DNA from: Octopus vulgaris
Lineage: Eukaryota
Direction: 5' to 3'
Length of the DNA stretch: 64,000 bases
Assembly (NCBI GenBank): GCA_951406725.2
Contig: OX597824.1
Coordinates: 64,666,001 to 64,730,000, forward strand
Shown here: piece by piece, positions 26,032 through 40,530 of the stretch
How positions within the stretch are numbered: position 1 is the first letter of the stretch
How the letters are laid out: each line of letters begins with the position of its first letter
Notes under the pieces: model-generated
Databases searched by the model: none
Told to the model about the DNA's origin: nothing
The model's input: only the letters and a program-made list of their open reading frames with translations
Made by a program: the position numbers and the translations under genes

Positions 26032-26195
26032 TAAACTGTTAATCGTTTCACATTTTTTTCATCTCACCTTTGTTTTTCATTCTCTGTCCGTTTTTTTCCT
26101 TTTAATCCTTTGTGTCGAAGAGTATAGGCTCGAAACGTAAAACACTTTTCCATTCTTCCTGAGGGTTAAACTAACACACCTGTTGAACTAAATAC
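26030..26195 (+). mobile_element. Short Penelope-like repeat with a non-canonical hammerhead-like core
   Basis: GTGTCGAAGAG-TATAGG-CTC-GAAACGTA; same family as 24405-24600. Confidence 0.55.
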
Positions 26196-26213
26196 ACACA
26201 CACACACACATAC

Positions 26214-26248
<35 letters not shown>

Positions 26249-26650
26249 GGCGCAGAAGTGGCTGTGTGATAAGTAGCTTGCTTACCAACCAGATGGTTCT
26301 GGGTTCAGTCCCACTGCGTGGCACCTTGGGCAAGTGTTTTCTACTATAGCCTCGGGCGGACCAAAGCCTTGTGAGTGGATTTGGTTGACGGAAACTGAAA
26401 GAAGCCCGTCGTATATATGTATATATATGTTTATGTGTGTGTATATATTTGTGTGTCTGTGTTTGTCCCCCCAACGTCGCTCGACAACTGATGCTGGTGC
26501 GTTTAGGTCCCCGTAACTTAGTGGTTCGGCAAAAGAGACCGATAGAATAAGTACTAGGCTTACAAAGAATAAGTCCTGGGTTCGGTTTGCTCGACTAAAG
26601 GCGGTGCTCCAGCATGGCTGCAGTCAAATGACTGAAACAAGTAAAAGAGT
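26249..26650 (+). mobile_element. SINE family A, full length
   Basis: Colinear with the other copies. Confidence 0.92.
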
Positions 26651-26819
26651 ATATATCTACTACGGAATTCCTCAGTTTCTGACTACCAAATTCGTTCACA
26701 AGGCTTTTGGTTAACCCAAGGTTACAGAAGAAGACTTTCCCAAGAAGACACTGAAGCCATGTTGTTGGGACGCAAACGTCTTGCCACAGAACCATAGATA
26801 GAGAGAGAGATATACAGAC

Positions 26820-26871
<52 letters not shown>

Positions 26872-26899
26872 GGATAGATAGAAAGATAGACGTATGCAT

Positions 26900-27297
26900 A
26901 TTCTTTTATTCTTTTACTTGTTTCAGTCAATTGACTGCAGCCATGCTGGAGCGTCACCTTTTGGTCAAAGAAATCAATCCTAGGACTTATTCTTTGTAAG
27001 CCTGGTACTTATTCTATCGGTTTCTTTTGTCGAACCGCTAAGTTACGGGGACGTAAACACACCAACATCGGTTGTTAAGCGATGGTGGTGGGCACAAACA
27101 CAGCCACAAAGACACATGTATAAATATATATATACATACGACGGGCTTCTTTCAATTTCCGCCTACCAAATCTCCACTTACAAGGCTTTAGTCGGACCGA
27201 AACTATAGAAGAAGGCACCAGTCCAACGTGCCACGTAGTGGGACTAAACCCGGAACCATATGGTTGGGAGGCAATCTTCTTACCACACAGCCACTCG
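26900..27297 (-). mobile_element. SINE family A, full length
   Basis: Inverted relative to 26249-26650. Confidence 0.92.
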
Positions 27298-27768
27298 CCC
27301 TTCAGACGCTTGGTCGCTAGTGTTCGCTAGACCATAACCATCATCACCATCATCACCATCACCACCAACACCATCACTAACATTCACCGCCGTCACTACC
27401 GTGATCAATCGTATACTTTGGATCTTTGTAGTTACAATGTAAGGCTACCGCGTTGTTAGAGGAGGAGAAAGACTCGAGGAAATGTTTTTTTTTAAATATT
27501 TATATTAGATGTCTTTGTGATTACCTAACAAAACCATTTCGACAACTTTCGTCTTATCTCAGTATTTGCCACGGCTTTCGGCGCTCTGATTTCAAATCCA
27601 GTCGAGGTTGATTATGTTTTTTTACCCTGTCAGGATGAAGAGAGTGGTTGTGCTGGACCGTATATTAATAGTATTGTCAAAACTGACCTCACAGAGCAGA
27701 GTGCCGGGACACCTACAGCAAAGATTTCTATCCCAGGAGCTAATTCGACCGTTACACACACACACACA

Positions 27769-27893
<125 letters not shown>

Positions 27894-28283
27894 TCCCACA
27901 TACATATATCATTTAATATACACACTTAAAATAAATAGTTACATGCTTTAAGATTGCAGGCTCAGTTCATATCTTAGAAGTATTTAAAAACCAGGACTCT
28001 GGACTGTGTGATAACATGAAAAAAAACTTCTTGTTTTTCTTTTTTTTTTTTTCTTTTTTCTTTTTTCGCAGATTTTCTCATAGTGTTGCATCCTAATTTT
28101 TAAGAATACATATAACGCATAAACAGAAGCAGAAAGATTACTTAATCCATGTTTCATAAATCTACCAATTTAATGTATCTTAAAGCGGGAAACTATTAGT
28201 AGCTCTTTTGTAATTGTATATATTAAATGATATTTATCTCAACTGGATGGAGTACTTTTTTTTTTACCTATATAGGATCTGTA

Positions 28284-28347
<64 letters not shown>

Positions 28348-28518
28348 GGGCTTCAAGACTTGAAGTAGCACGGAATCAGAATCAAACTGTTTTGAACAAT
28401 ACATGTGACTCCCAATAAATGTGCTGAGTGCCCTTTCTTTCGCTTGTCCACTCACTCCTATATATACATACACAAACACTTGCACGCACACACACAAATA
28501 CACACATATACTTGCACA

Positions 28519-28556
<38 letters not shown>

Positions 28557-28645
28557 AATACATATATACATGTATACAGACATACACATACACACACACA
28601 CATATATATATATATGTATGCATATATATATATATATAAACATAT

Positions 28646-28721
<76 letters not shown>

Positions 28722-29539
28722 CTTTTGGAGAATCAGGTTTCCAATAATTCCAAAAGTGGAATATATATTTATCTGTCCGTCCACCTGTCTACGCACGCAC
28801 GCACACGCACGCACGCACACACACACGCGCACAAACACACTCACACACATACACACACACATATCTTGACATTCTTTTGTTTCTTCAAAGTTCTTTATGA
28901 GAATATACAAATTCTGGTGTACTCTATTCTTGTATTCAATGTATGGAATAAATGCCAGTAATTGGCATTTCTTTCAATATATTTGCCTCGTATACACGGT
29001 GTGCAACCACTGGATTTTCTGTTTACAGAGGCACACGCAATTTCGGTCTATGTCTGTTGACATATCATGAAGATATTTGCGAATGATATTACACGATATC
29101 TTACTTTAATTCGGCTTTCTACTACTTTCAGACATCATCAAATTTTACCATGACAGTGGAAGCAAAAACCATTGCTCTATAAGGATTCTTATTTTTGCCG
29201 AAACCGTTCTGTAATACTGGCTTCTCTATATTTGCGAAACGTTGGTTTCTGAATGTACTCGTTAATGTGTGTGTGTGTGTGAAGCCATGTATCTGTGTGC
29301 GTGCTTGTAGGTGCGTGTGTGTATGTGTGTGACTGTGTGAATGTGCGAGTTGACTTTATAATGGATAGAGCAGCTGTCACATAGTCATACGGAAATACAA
29401 ACTAACAGAAAGATACGTATCTAATCATATTAGTGCACCTGCCTATCTAGTAATCAATCTATCCCTGCCTATCTTTGATCAACTTGTTTCAGTCATTGGA
29501 CTACTGCCATGCTGCAGCACCACTTTGAAGTGTTTGGTC

Positions 29540-30258
29540 CAGTGGTTCACAACTGGAGGTCCATATAAGAATTTGATATGGAGTGGGTCAAAGCAAGTAA
29601 AATAACAAATTGAAGATGCACAGTAGTACATGAAAGGTTTTCTCTTTTTTTTTACTTGTTTCAGTCATTTTGACTGCGGCCATGCTGGTGCACTGCCTTT
29701 AATCGAGCAACTCGACCCCAGTACTTATTCTTTGTAAGCCTAGTACTTATTCTATCGGTCTCATTTGCCGAACCGCTAAGTGACGGGGACATAAACACAC
29801 CAGCATCGGTTGTCAAGCAATGCTAAGAGGACAAACATAGACACAAACATACACGCACATACATATATATACATATATACGACGGGCTTCTTTAAGTTTC
29901 CGTCTACCAAATCTACTCACAAGGCTTTGGTCGGCCCGAGGCTATAGTAGAAGACACCTGCCCAAGGTGCCACGCAGTGGGACTGAACCCGGAACCATGT
30001 GGTTGGTAAACAAGCTACTTACCACACAGCCACTCCTTCATGAACAAATTTTACTTTAGACGTATTTATTGCAACAAACAGCTAGGTTTCTTTCTTTAAC
30101 GCTTTACACAGGTCAACTTTTACAAGTTAATGTGTGAAAAATAAAATAGGAATTTTGAAAGAAATATCTATAAAACTGATTTTTAAACATCGAATGGCTA
30201 TAGGCGTCCACCTGAGTAAAATATTAATCCAAGGGATTCAGGAGTAAAAAAATCACTG
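29540..30258. mobile_element. Old hAT-type MITE interrupted by a SINE A
   Basis: Starts CAGTGGTTCACAAC and ends AAAAAAATCACTG; the TSD is not preserved. Confidence 0.55.
29637..30038 (-). mobile_element. SINE family A, full length
   Basis: Short CATGAA duplication at the flanks. Confidence 0.92.
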
Positions 30259-31504
30259 ATCGGGAATAACATGGTACGTTAGTTGTGAATCGTGTTATGC
30301 TTATTACAAATTGATCTGAGCTAACACGGGTTGGCGATCAGTCAAAGATTCTGCTTTGATCACAAAAGCGCGTCCAAGTGACCATCTATAATGCTCAGAG
30401 CAAAACCTTTTTTCTTCAAATGCTCTATTATTCATTTATCATTGGGTCATTTAAGACGATGGTTGTTTTTAACTGAATAAACGAGGAGATGTATTCTTTT
30501 GTGAAATCAATCAATTTTTCATCTATTTATGTTTGTAAACTTATTAAAAATAAACTTAACATCTCCTAACCCTATTTGTTTTTTTTACTGATTTCCCCGA
30601 GACTAGCAAACCTTTATGTGCTAGGTCATGATCAAGAATGCAGCGTAGATAGTTATACAGGGTCGTTTAGAAGTCCCTTCAGTTTTTAAATGACATATAA
30701 AGTTTTATTTTTCAGTTTATGATTTTGTTTTTATATATTTTTAGAACTACCTTTGTAGTTTTATTGTAAATATCTTTTCACACACACAGATGCACACTTG
30801 CACACATACACATACACAGATACACACACACACACATACATAGTTGCTGCAACTCGATTTCGATGCTTTTCAGTCTTGTTAAAGAACTATATTCTTTTGC
30901 ACAGATGTGACAATGATTGGGGCAGTGATAGGTACCTCTTGCTGTTGGTGTTCAGAGATCATGCCACCTAAGGTAACAATACAGCTTCATTCCATTATGG
31001 GATGTTTCATTGAGCGCTTTGCCTTTTTCGGCAATGGGCAGCCAAAACATGCGACATTTGATAGAGGTATAAAAAGCCAAGCGCTGTCAGTGCCTGAAGC
31101 CTTTTAAAGTGAAGAAAGGCCTTGCACAGAGACAATCCCACTATGTAAACGACGTATGCATTTGCTCAAACGAAGAACTAATTTACGTCATTGAATACAA
31201 ACGAAGTTGCAGGCGTTACATCGGTATTTTCCTTTTCCCTAGAGAGATGTCTAAACGAAGGCCAAGAGTCTCTCACTCTCAGCTGAGTTCATTCGCTCTT
31301 TGACAGGTTTTGCTTTTCACTCTTTGACAGGTCTTGCTTTTCGCTCTGCAGAATATCAAGCGAAAACCACCTTCCTTGTCAAGGAAGCTTGATGGGGTTG
31401 CCACCAACATGACCATGTGATAGGTTGTGCTGGGTTACATGTTGTCAGGAGTACTATGAATGACTTGACATAACTTACACACACGCGAGTGCGCACAAAC
31501 ACAT

Positions 31505-31530
31505 AATATAATAATAATAATAATAATAAT

Positions 31531-31606
<76 letters not shown>

Positions 31607-31620
31607 GTAATAATAATAAT
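31505..31620. repeat. (TAA)n(CAA)n microsatellite
   Basis: Seen directly. Confidence 0.95.
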
Positions 31621-31682
31621 GTCCTGATGCAGTACTAGGCAGTGGCTCTCAAGGCTTCTGATTTTAACTGATTGTTAATTCG

Positions 31683-34355
31683 ATTTCTTCAACACCTAGC
31701 GTCTCTCCAAGTGCGTCATCGCTCTTTCCTACCACTAACCTTCTATAAAACTCAAGAGTGGATGTTCAACTGATCGCATTGCCCGCTTAGTAGAGGATAG
31801 TGATGCCTGGCAACATTCCAGTTGCCAGTCACCTTGCCTCGGTCTCTTCTTGACCCAGGACTGCAGCTCAATCAAAGAGACAAGCTGTGGATAGGCCTGT
31901 TTGACAAACGGCGACCACACCTGTTCACCGTTTAGGTAGAATGTCTGGAGATGCAGCAGGCTCGCGCATGTCTGCGCATTATTAGCTACGGCATACTCAG
32001 CCCTCCGCATAGAGGGTGTTGGCAGCATATAGACCGCCTCACCAATAGAACCTGTCCCCTCAACAAGAATTTGAAGAGGAGGCGCCCAACTTGGCGATGC
32101 GCGATCGAGGGCAAGGCACGACGACCAAGCGATAGTAGATAACGGACGCGATGTACGCATTCGCCACCTCCGCTCGACCTTTCAGTGATAGTTTCCTCTC
32201 AGCCCGTTTCTGGGTGAGACTGGCTACCCTGCTCGCCACCTCGTCCCTGTTTTTATCCGAACCAAACCCCAAGCATCTTTACCGTACCATCCGTCCAGCG
32301 CCCAACGACGCTGTTTGAGGGCATGGACTTGCCTCTCCAGGTGCCGAGTTGCAAGCCCACTGACTTTTCCGGGTTAAGTTTTGCTCCCTCCGACTTTATT
32401 TTTCACACTCCTCCAATGATGTGCCGACCACCTCGATTTCTGAGGTGTCCGACACCATCACGCTGATGTCGTCTGCATACGCCGACACAGCTCTGCTGCG
32501 TCCCGGTTTGAGCGGGATGCCTTGCAGCAGTTCCAGCTTCCGCAGCAAAGGCTCAAGAGTAAATATGTACAAAAGTGGGGAGAGAGGGTACACTTGACGG
32601 ACCGATCCGGAGATCTGAAACGGTTCCGAGAAGTGGCCTTTAACTTTGACCATCTAGCAGATGCCGCTGTGCATTGCAGCGATCCAACCTCTGAAGACGG
32701 GGCCGAAGCCAGCCGCTATGAGGACAGGCTGTAGATATTGATGGTAAACCTTATGGAATGCTTTCGATTGATCTAGGTTTACACCCTACTCTTTCTATGA
32801 TGTATCGCATGAGGTGGAGATTGTTGTATATGGAACTAGTCGAGGTCGCGCAGGTTTGCGCCTTCCCAACCAAAATCTCGACGACAATCGTCAACTTCTT
32901 TGCTAATACCTTGGCTAAAATCATCTTAAACTCTGTGTCAAGCAGAGTTATAGGCCTGAAGTTAGCTAATGTGTCTCTCTTGTTTTCGTCTTTCCTCATC
33001 AGTTGTACCTGAGCCCCGGCTCACAGAACTGGGAATACTCCCATTCTGCTGCCAGTTGCAATCGAGTGCTTCCAGGAGATCGGAGAACAAGTCTAGCATA
33101 TTTACGTAAACCGGGTGATTTGTGCCTCGTGCAGCCGACAAGGGCATCTTGAATTTCTACTAAAGTTACCTGCCTTTCACGGCGCTCAGCGTCGGTCGCC
33201 GAAACACGCGGCAAGCCGTCGAGGTAGAGACTGAAGTCCGCCGCCATCTCCGCCTCACCCACTCTCCGAACAACCAAGCAAAGTGCTGGCGAAAGGCCTC
33301 ACACATTTGCCTGGAATGGTTCAGCTCGTGTCCGTCTCCCGTCAATGACCGAATTGTGGTTTTGTTACTACGCTGCACCTCCGCCACGCGGGCCCATCGA
33401 ACAGCTTTGATCCCCTCGTTTCTTAGAGCTCACGCCTTAGCTCTGACAATGCAACCTTCATGTTTCGCATTGAAGAACTGGTCTAATGCCATTCTCACTG
33501 CTAGCATGTTGGTTGCAATGCCACTACAAATAGCCTCGTCTAGTTTAGCTACTAACTCCTCTTTTATATTTTTCCTAACGCTATTACTTTGCTAAACCCT
33601 ATTGACATTACACTAATCTCTCTTTTGAGAGCCGCCCACCACCTGTTGTTGACAACCCCCTTCCTGTCAACTTCTGCTTAACTAAATTGTTGACCTGGTC
33701 CCTGTAAGCCTTACTTGTCGGAAACCCAGTTCCTAACCTACGTGTCTTATCTAGGTCGACCGCACAGATTACAAACTTATGGTCCGAATAGGCGACCAGT
33801 TTAAAAAGTGGACTTCCTACACTATTACTATCTATTTTCCAAATGAAAATCCAATCTATATACGATCTAGATGACCTTAAGCAGTTGGTCCATTAGAGAA
33901 ATCTCGATGGTACCTGTCAGACAGTTGGAACTGGCTGATCAGGTGCTTGAGGTTTTTGCACTAACTTCTTTTATCAGCTACTCCCACACAATCCCAGCGT
34001 TGATCTAAGATTCCGATCCAATTTCCTACTAACAGAAGGGGCCGAGACGTACCTAGAAAGGCTTCCAGACGCCTAAAGAAATTCGGCCGTTTGGCTCTGG
34101 TAGGTGCGTAGACGGCCACCAGTCTAAAGACACTACCTTCACTATTGTTCACGTCCAGGACCACCAGCTTCCGGTCCGGGTTCCGGAAGATCGACTTTAC
34201 CTCGAGATCAAGTTCTTTCCTAAACAGCACTGCCACTCCACCTCCCATTCCCAGCCGACTCACAGATGCAAAGATCTGGTAGTCGTCGAACATGGGGGCC
34301 AGTGCGCGTGTATTGTAAATCCTGGTCTCACTAACAACAATTATATCGTACCGAA
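31683..34355 (-). pseudogene. L1/Tx1-clade LINE ORF2 (APE + RT), decayed
   Basis: APE motifs DIIVVSETR, GGGVAVLF, LVAVYAP and LLVGNW; RT motifs NFRPITLLDTEFK, SVRQVYPLSPLLY, AYADD and LSLKGRAEVAN. Many frameshifts. Confidence 0.92.
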
Positions 34356-34839
34356 TTGATACTGTTTTTTTTATCAATCTGAAAAGGATGAAAATCAAAA
34401 TTAATCTAGGTTGGGAGTTGAACTCATATCGCAGAAAGTTGGATAAAATACTGTGAAGCATTCTTTTCAACAATCAAATGACTGCAAATTCACCATCTTT
34501 AAATTACATCTCAACAGTTTTAAACACAAGGTTATTGAACAATGTAGCCAGTGATATTTACAAAAAGAGAAAGCCTATATGTGCTTATTTAAATTGCTAG
34601 AAATGGCACTTACACCTTATATTACGTTCTATGGTTTTAAATAAACAAGGACACTTGGACATTGTAGTCCCTGACGAAAACAAAATGCCAAAAAAGAAAA
34701 TAACAGGATGATCATGGCTCGACACAGACTTTAACTATGACTTTATTTGTTCCACTGAAGTGAACAATTTCCAGAGTAGGACCTGACCCGGCATCAAACG
34801 TCATAGGTCCATGACTGATTTCAAAAATTTTGGAACAAG

Positions 34840-35035
34840 GCCAGCAATTTCGGGAAAGGGGTTAAGTTGATTACATCGAGCCCAGCGCTCTACTGGCACT
34901 TATTTTATCGCCCCTGAAAGGATGAAAGGTAAAGTCGACCTCAGCGGAATTTGAACTCAAGACGTAAGGACGGACGAAATCCCACTAGGCATTTTGCTCG
35001 TCGTGCTAATGATTCTGCCAGTTCGTCGCCTTCCA
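34840..35035 (-). mobile_element. SINE family B variant
   Basis: GAAAGGATGAAAGGTAAAGTCGACCTCAGCGGAATTTGAACTC. Confidence 0.85.
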
Positions 35036-35444
35036 TAGGTCTAGTATTAGACATAGTTCCGTGGAACAGAAAATCCTAAACCTAGCTCAAATTAATTATT
35101 GAACTCACTTTTTCTAAAATCATTGGTGCAAATGTGCATGTCATGTCACTACGTGATGTCTATTTAATATAAGTTACTCCATCAACCAGAAATGTCATTG
35201 AAACACCATCGTTAGGTGATTGCCAACCAAGTCTAAAGTGCTCATCATCTGTCGGTATGACATTGCTATTCCTTGTCAGAGGTCACCTCAGTATTTCGTG
35301 GAATTTTGCTAGGGATTTGTATAAAATACAGTCAGCTGAGGTCAACAAGAGTTAGCTGCTGCTAGGTAATGCCAGCTGGTGCCAGCTGAGCCCAGGATTT
35401 CTGTCGAGCAGGGTCATCATGTCCGTAAAGAAAATTTGATGAAG

Positions 35445-35640
35445 AAAGAGAGGGGGAGGGGAAAGAGAGGGAGAGGGAGAAGAAGAGAGGGAGAAGAGGG
35501 AGAGGGAGAATAGGGAGAGGGAGGGAGTGAGGGAGAAGAGAGAGAGGGAGTGTGAGGGAGAATAGAGGGAGAGGGAGTGAGAGGGAGAAGACAGAGATGG
35601 GAGGGAAAAGATGGCAAGGGAAGGGAGAAAAGAGAGAGGG
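35445..35640. repeat. Polypurine (GA-rich) low-complexity tract
   Basis: Seen directly. Confidence 0.85.
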
Positions 35641-36208
35641 GTGACTGAAACAGTGATAGATGAATACGTTAAGTTAGAGAGAGAAACAGAGATAATAGCT
35701 GAAAGAAGTATGTGTGTGTGTGTGTGTGTGTGTACGTATTTGTGTCCGCGCGCGTATCTGTTCAACAAATTTCTTAGATTCTTGAACAGTTCCTGTCTTG
35801 CCACTGCATTATTTGTTTACAAACTCTGGCGACGACGGCAAGTGCTTCATTATATCCAATGTTTGTCACTGTGTCTCGCAAGCTACATTAAACTGTAATG
35901 AAATTTTTAACCTCAATAAACACATCGTGTAACAGATCCAAACACACAGATAGCATCATCATTAAGCAAACAGGATACAATCTTCTGTTCTTGATAAAAG
36001 GCTACTATTTTAACTTGACAAACTTCCAAACAGTGGACGTGCAGGTTTTATTGTTGTTTGTTGCCATCTTACAATCTTGTCCTATTACAGTATCTAACTG
36101 TTGAGAAGCAGTCGAGGTGAAAGATACCGCCTTATAACATTTCTCTTATAAAGACAGCGACCCTTTATTTTCCTTTCTCTCCCTTACTCTTTCCCTTCTT
36201 TCTTCATT

Positions 36209-36248
<40 letters not shown>

Positions 36249-36367
36249 TCCTTTCTTATCTCTCTCTCCCTCTCTCTTCCCTCTCTCCCCCTCTCTCCCC
36301 CTCTCTCTCTCTCTATATATATATAAATAAAAATATATATATGTATGTATGTGTGTGTGTGTGTGTA

Positions 36368-36757
<390 letters not shown>

Positions 36758-37543
36758 GTCTTTCCAATTTCTCTTCTTTTCCTTTCTTTCTTTCTTTCTT
36801 TCTCTCTTTCTCTCTTTCTTTCTTTCTTCTTTCCTTCCTTTCTTCCTCGAATGTTAATACAGGAGCAGATAATTGAGCTGATCCTCATCATCGATCGACA
36901 GACATCCACCACTCCAAGAAAATAATAAAAAAAAAGAAACAGTGGTCGTACTCCTTTACCGGGAACTTGTTGCTGAATGGAAGGAAAGAAGTTTTGTCCA
37001 GACCAGAATCTGGACCATATGTTTGTAACCTTATTCAGCAAAGAGTGATGTGATGGTATTCAACAGGTGATGGATTACGTTCATCAACTAAGAACAGGAA
37101 TGATCGCATTGTACCTGTCAGAAAATCTACTGATCTCGTAGATTTTCAAACACTTTCTCTCTAGCAAGTTTCAGTGACAAGAATTGGGTCGACTCAAGCC
37201 TATAGTGAAAGATACTTGCTTCCTTGCTTCCTTCCTCGGCTGCTTTTAGAGAATTCCACTCTTTTGCTGATCAAGTCTTCATTCTGGGGTAAAAACTCAT
37301 GAAATGTGGTTTTCTCCTCTCTTTACCAAAGACCCAATGCGACACACACACACACACAGCCAATTAAAAACACACAGCCAATTAAACACACAAATTTGAT
37401 CTTCACTTTAGTTCTCTTATTATTATTATTATTATTATTATTATTGTTATTATTATTATTATTATTTTTTTATTATTATTATTAGTATTAGTATTAATTT
37501 TAGTTTATATATATATCATAACTACTATATATTTATATGTATG

Positions 37544-37580
<37 letters not shown>

Positions 37581-37582
37581 AT

Positions 37583-37643
<61 letters not shown>

Positions 37644-38085
37644 TGTATGTATGTATGTATGTATGTATGTATGTATGTATGTATGTATGTATTGATTCCA
37701 AACACGGTTGAACTCATGGCCTCCAGATTGTGAAATGAGCTTCTTAACTCTTCAACCGTGTTCGCTGTACGATGACTGGAATAAGTAGATTAGATTGTTT
37801 ATTATAAGAAGACAAGTGAAGATATCATCATACCCCTAAGCCTCGTAGATGCTTCGGGGTATGGAGACAGAAAGCCGTGACATAAATAGACAACCCACTC
37901 GTTTTCTAAGATGATTAAATCTGATGTCGTGAATTCATAACCAGCCTGAGTCATCTTTTACAGTTAGCAGCCAACAAAATGTGGATGTGTTTCAAGACAA
38001 GGCGCCTTAAATTTCCGAAATACGTATGTGTGTGTTCTGTGTACAAATGTATGTGTATGTATGTATATATATGTGTGTGTATGTA

Positions 38086-38147
<62 letters not shown>

Positions 38148-38910
38148 ACAGTCGTTGTAAGTCTTCAAATCTGGTAATCAACCGATAAAGCAACGCTTGT
38201 ATACAAAAAATTTCCAAAATAGGGGGTTAACGGAAGGAAAACAATAGCTAATGTTTCTTACAAATGTATTTACCTCTCTCCGTGGCCCTTATCCCCACTC
38301 TCTCTCCTATTCTTTCTCCCCCTGTCTAACTCCTATTCCTTCTCCTCCTCTCTCTAATGTTGTTCATCGTTCGTTACCGTTACCAACATCTTTACGAGAA
38401 CCACAACCAACAAAACCACCCACCACTGGTACTGTCATCTGAGACAAAATTGGAAAGGAAATTCAAAGAAACGTTTGTGGGCCATTGGGTCCTGCAGGTG
38501 AACTTTGAATAAGTGTACTTGGATTCTTTTTTTCCTTTTCACAAACGTTCCAACATATCACAAGATCGGACCATAAACTGTTGATTATATGTTAGAAATA
38601 GCCAAGCAGACAGCGAGACAGACAGCCAGCAGCCAGACAGCCAGATAGCCAGCCAGACAGACAGACAAAAGACAGACAGGCAGACAAACTGACAGACAAA
38701 TGAATCTGGAGAGGACGAAGGATAGATGAACCGACTACTAACAGACACCCTGATCGCAAGGGAAATAATAAATTGCAACAAAGACTAAAAACTGAGACCG
38801 CGTGACATTAAAGACAAGCAACAAAGACCAGCCATCCAAAGTGGAGAGTTCTGATAATCGCTGTATGGCTCAGTTTAACTTTTTGATTTAATGAGTTGTG
38901 ATGGGTTTTA

Positions 38911-39141
38911 GGATCTTTTCCTTTTGATGGACGGAATTTTCTAGTTAACTAAACAATTTGAAACTTCGTATACTGGTCAAAAGAAAACATTATTGTAAAC
39001 AAAACTGAAAACAAAATTGTAATTTGTAAGTTTAACGTAGTTTAATTCTTCGAATTTTAACCAATGAAATACCAGCATTTGAGCTCAAATCATTTTCTGC
39101 GTCTGAAAACTCAGACAATATCCTGTTGAACGTAAACAGCA

Positions 39142-39197
<56 letters not shown>

Positions 39198-40104
39198 TTA
39201 TTCATCCTTCTGTCTTCTGTCTTCTGTCTTCTGCATGTGCTAGAAATAACAGCTATATCTCTTAAATCGATGAATTTCGTCGCCCAATAAAAATATTAAC
39301 GATATTTTTTTTGAATATTTTCTTTCTTTTTTTTTTACCGAAAAGGCTTCTCCCATGGTTTTGAAGGGCCAGAAACAACAAAAGCAAAACAATAATATGC
39401 CTAAATCGGTGTATAGGGTGCGCGTGGAGTGTGGGTCGTATTGTAAAAATTTGCGAAATATTTTTTCATAAAAGGATGCCCCAGCTTGTCCGAGGCTGTG
39501 ATATAAATTGGGAAAAAAATCCTAGACACCAGTGCGTAATTGGTACTTAATTTATCGACCCCGAAACGATGAAACATTGATCCCCTCCCATTTCTGGTTT
39601 ATTTACCTTTTGTGTAAATTTGTTGCAGCAAGGGAGCAAAACACAGAGGGGACAAAGCATGAGATACAAAAGTATTAAGTTGATTCTATTGACACCATTG
39701 CGAACTCACGAACGTGTATGTATATCTCCGTTTGTATGTGTATGTACGCTTATATATAGTAATTACTATGTGCTTGTGCAAATGATTATGCATGTGTTTG
39801 AGAGAGAGAGAGTGTGACAGAGAGAGAGTGTGTGCGTGTGTGTGTGTGTGTGCAAGTGTACGTGTGTATGTATCTGAATATATATGTGTGTGTGTGTGTG
39901 TGTGTGTATGCGGTGTGCGTCTGCTATGTTTCTTTATCAATATCGATAACGCAGCAAATGATTTGAGCTCAAATGCTGGTATTTCATTGGTTAAAATTCG
40001 AAGAATTAAACTACGTTAAACTTACAAATTACAATTTTGCTTTCAATTTTGTTTACAGTAATGTTTTCTTTTGACACATTCCGTCCATCAAAAGGAAAAG
40101 ATCC
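38911..40104. mobile_element. Non-autonomous DNA transposon with about 150-190-bp TIRs and an 8-bp TSD (Mutator/Merlin-like)
   Basis: GGATCTTTTCCTTTTGATGGACGGAAT...TCATTTTCTGCGT is mirrored at 39949-40104; TSD GGGTTTTA at 38903-38910 and 40105-40112. Confidence 0.9.
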
Positions 40105-40394
40105 GGGTTTTATAATACTTGCCAATCAGAACCAATAGGTCGGAGACTGTGTACATGATTGTAATGGTGGTGGCGGATGGCTAGGCAATAGACGGCGTCG
40201 TCGTTGTTTTGATTCAGTTTTGATCAATCAGAGGCGTTCTAGCTGTGATCTCCTCGTCTTTTTCTATATTTTTAAACTTCTATATTGTCCTAGCAATTTC
40301 GTCAGTAAGTTCAGGGAGATTTGGTTTCTATTACTAGCACAATGAGTGACTGCAAAGAGTCTCGCTTGTTGATCAGTAATGTGGCCTGTTGTTC

Positions 40395-40530
<136 letters not shown>

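Noticed and set aside
30656-30770. Lone Tc1/mariner-like TIR (also near 16030-16058)
   Set aside because: No partner TIR or transposase sequence was found.
33961-34473. 170-aa endonuclease gene
   Set aside because: Chimeric ORF: the N-terminus comes from an old SINE B fragment and the rest is a broken Tx1 APE domain.
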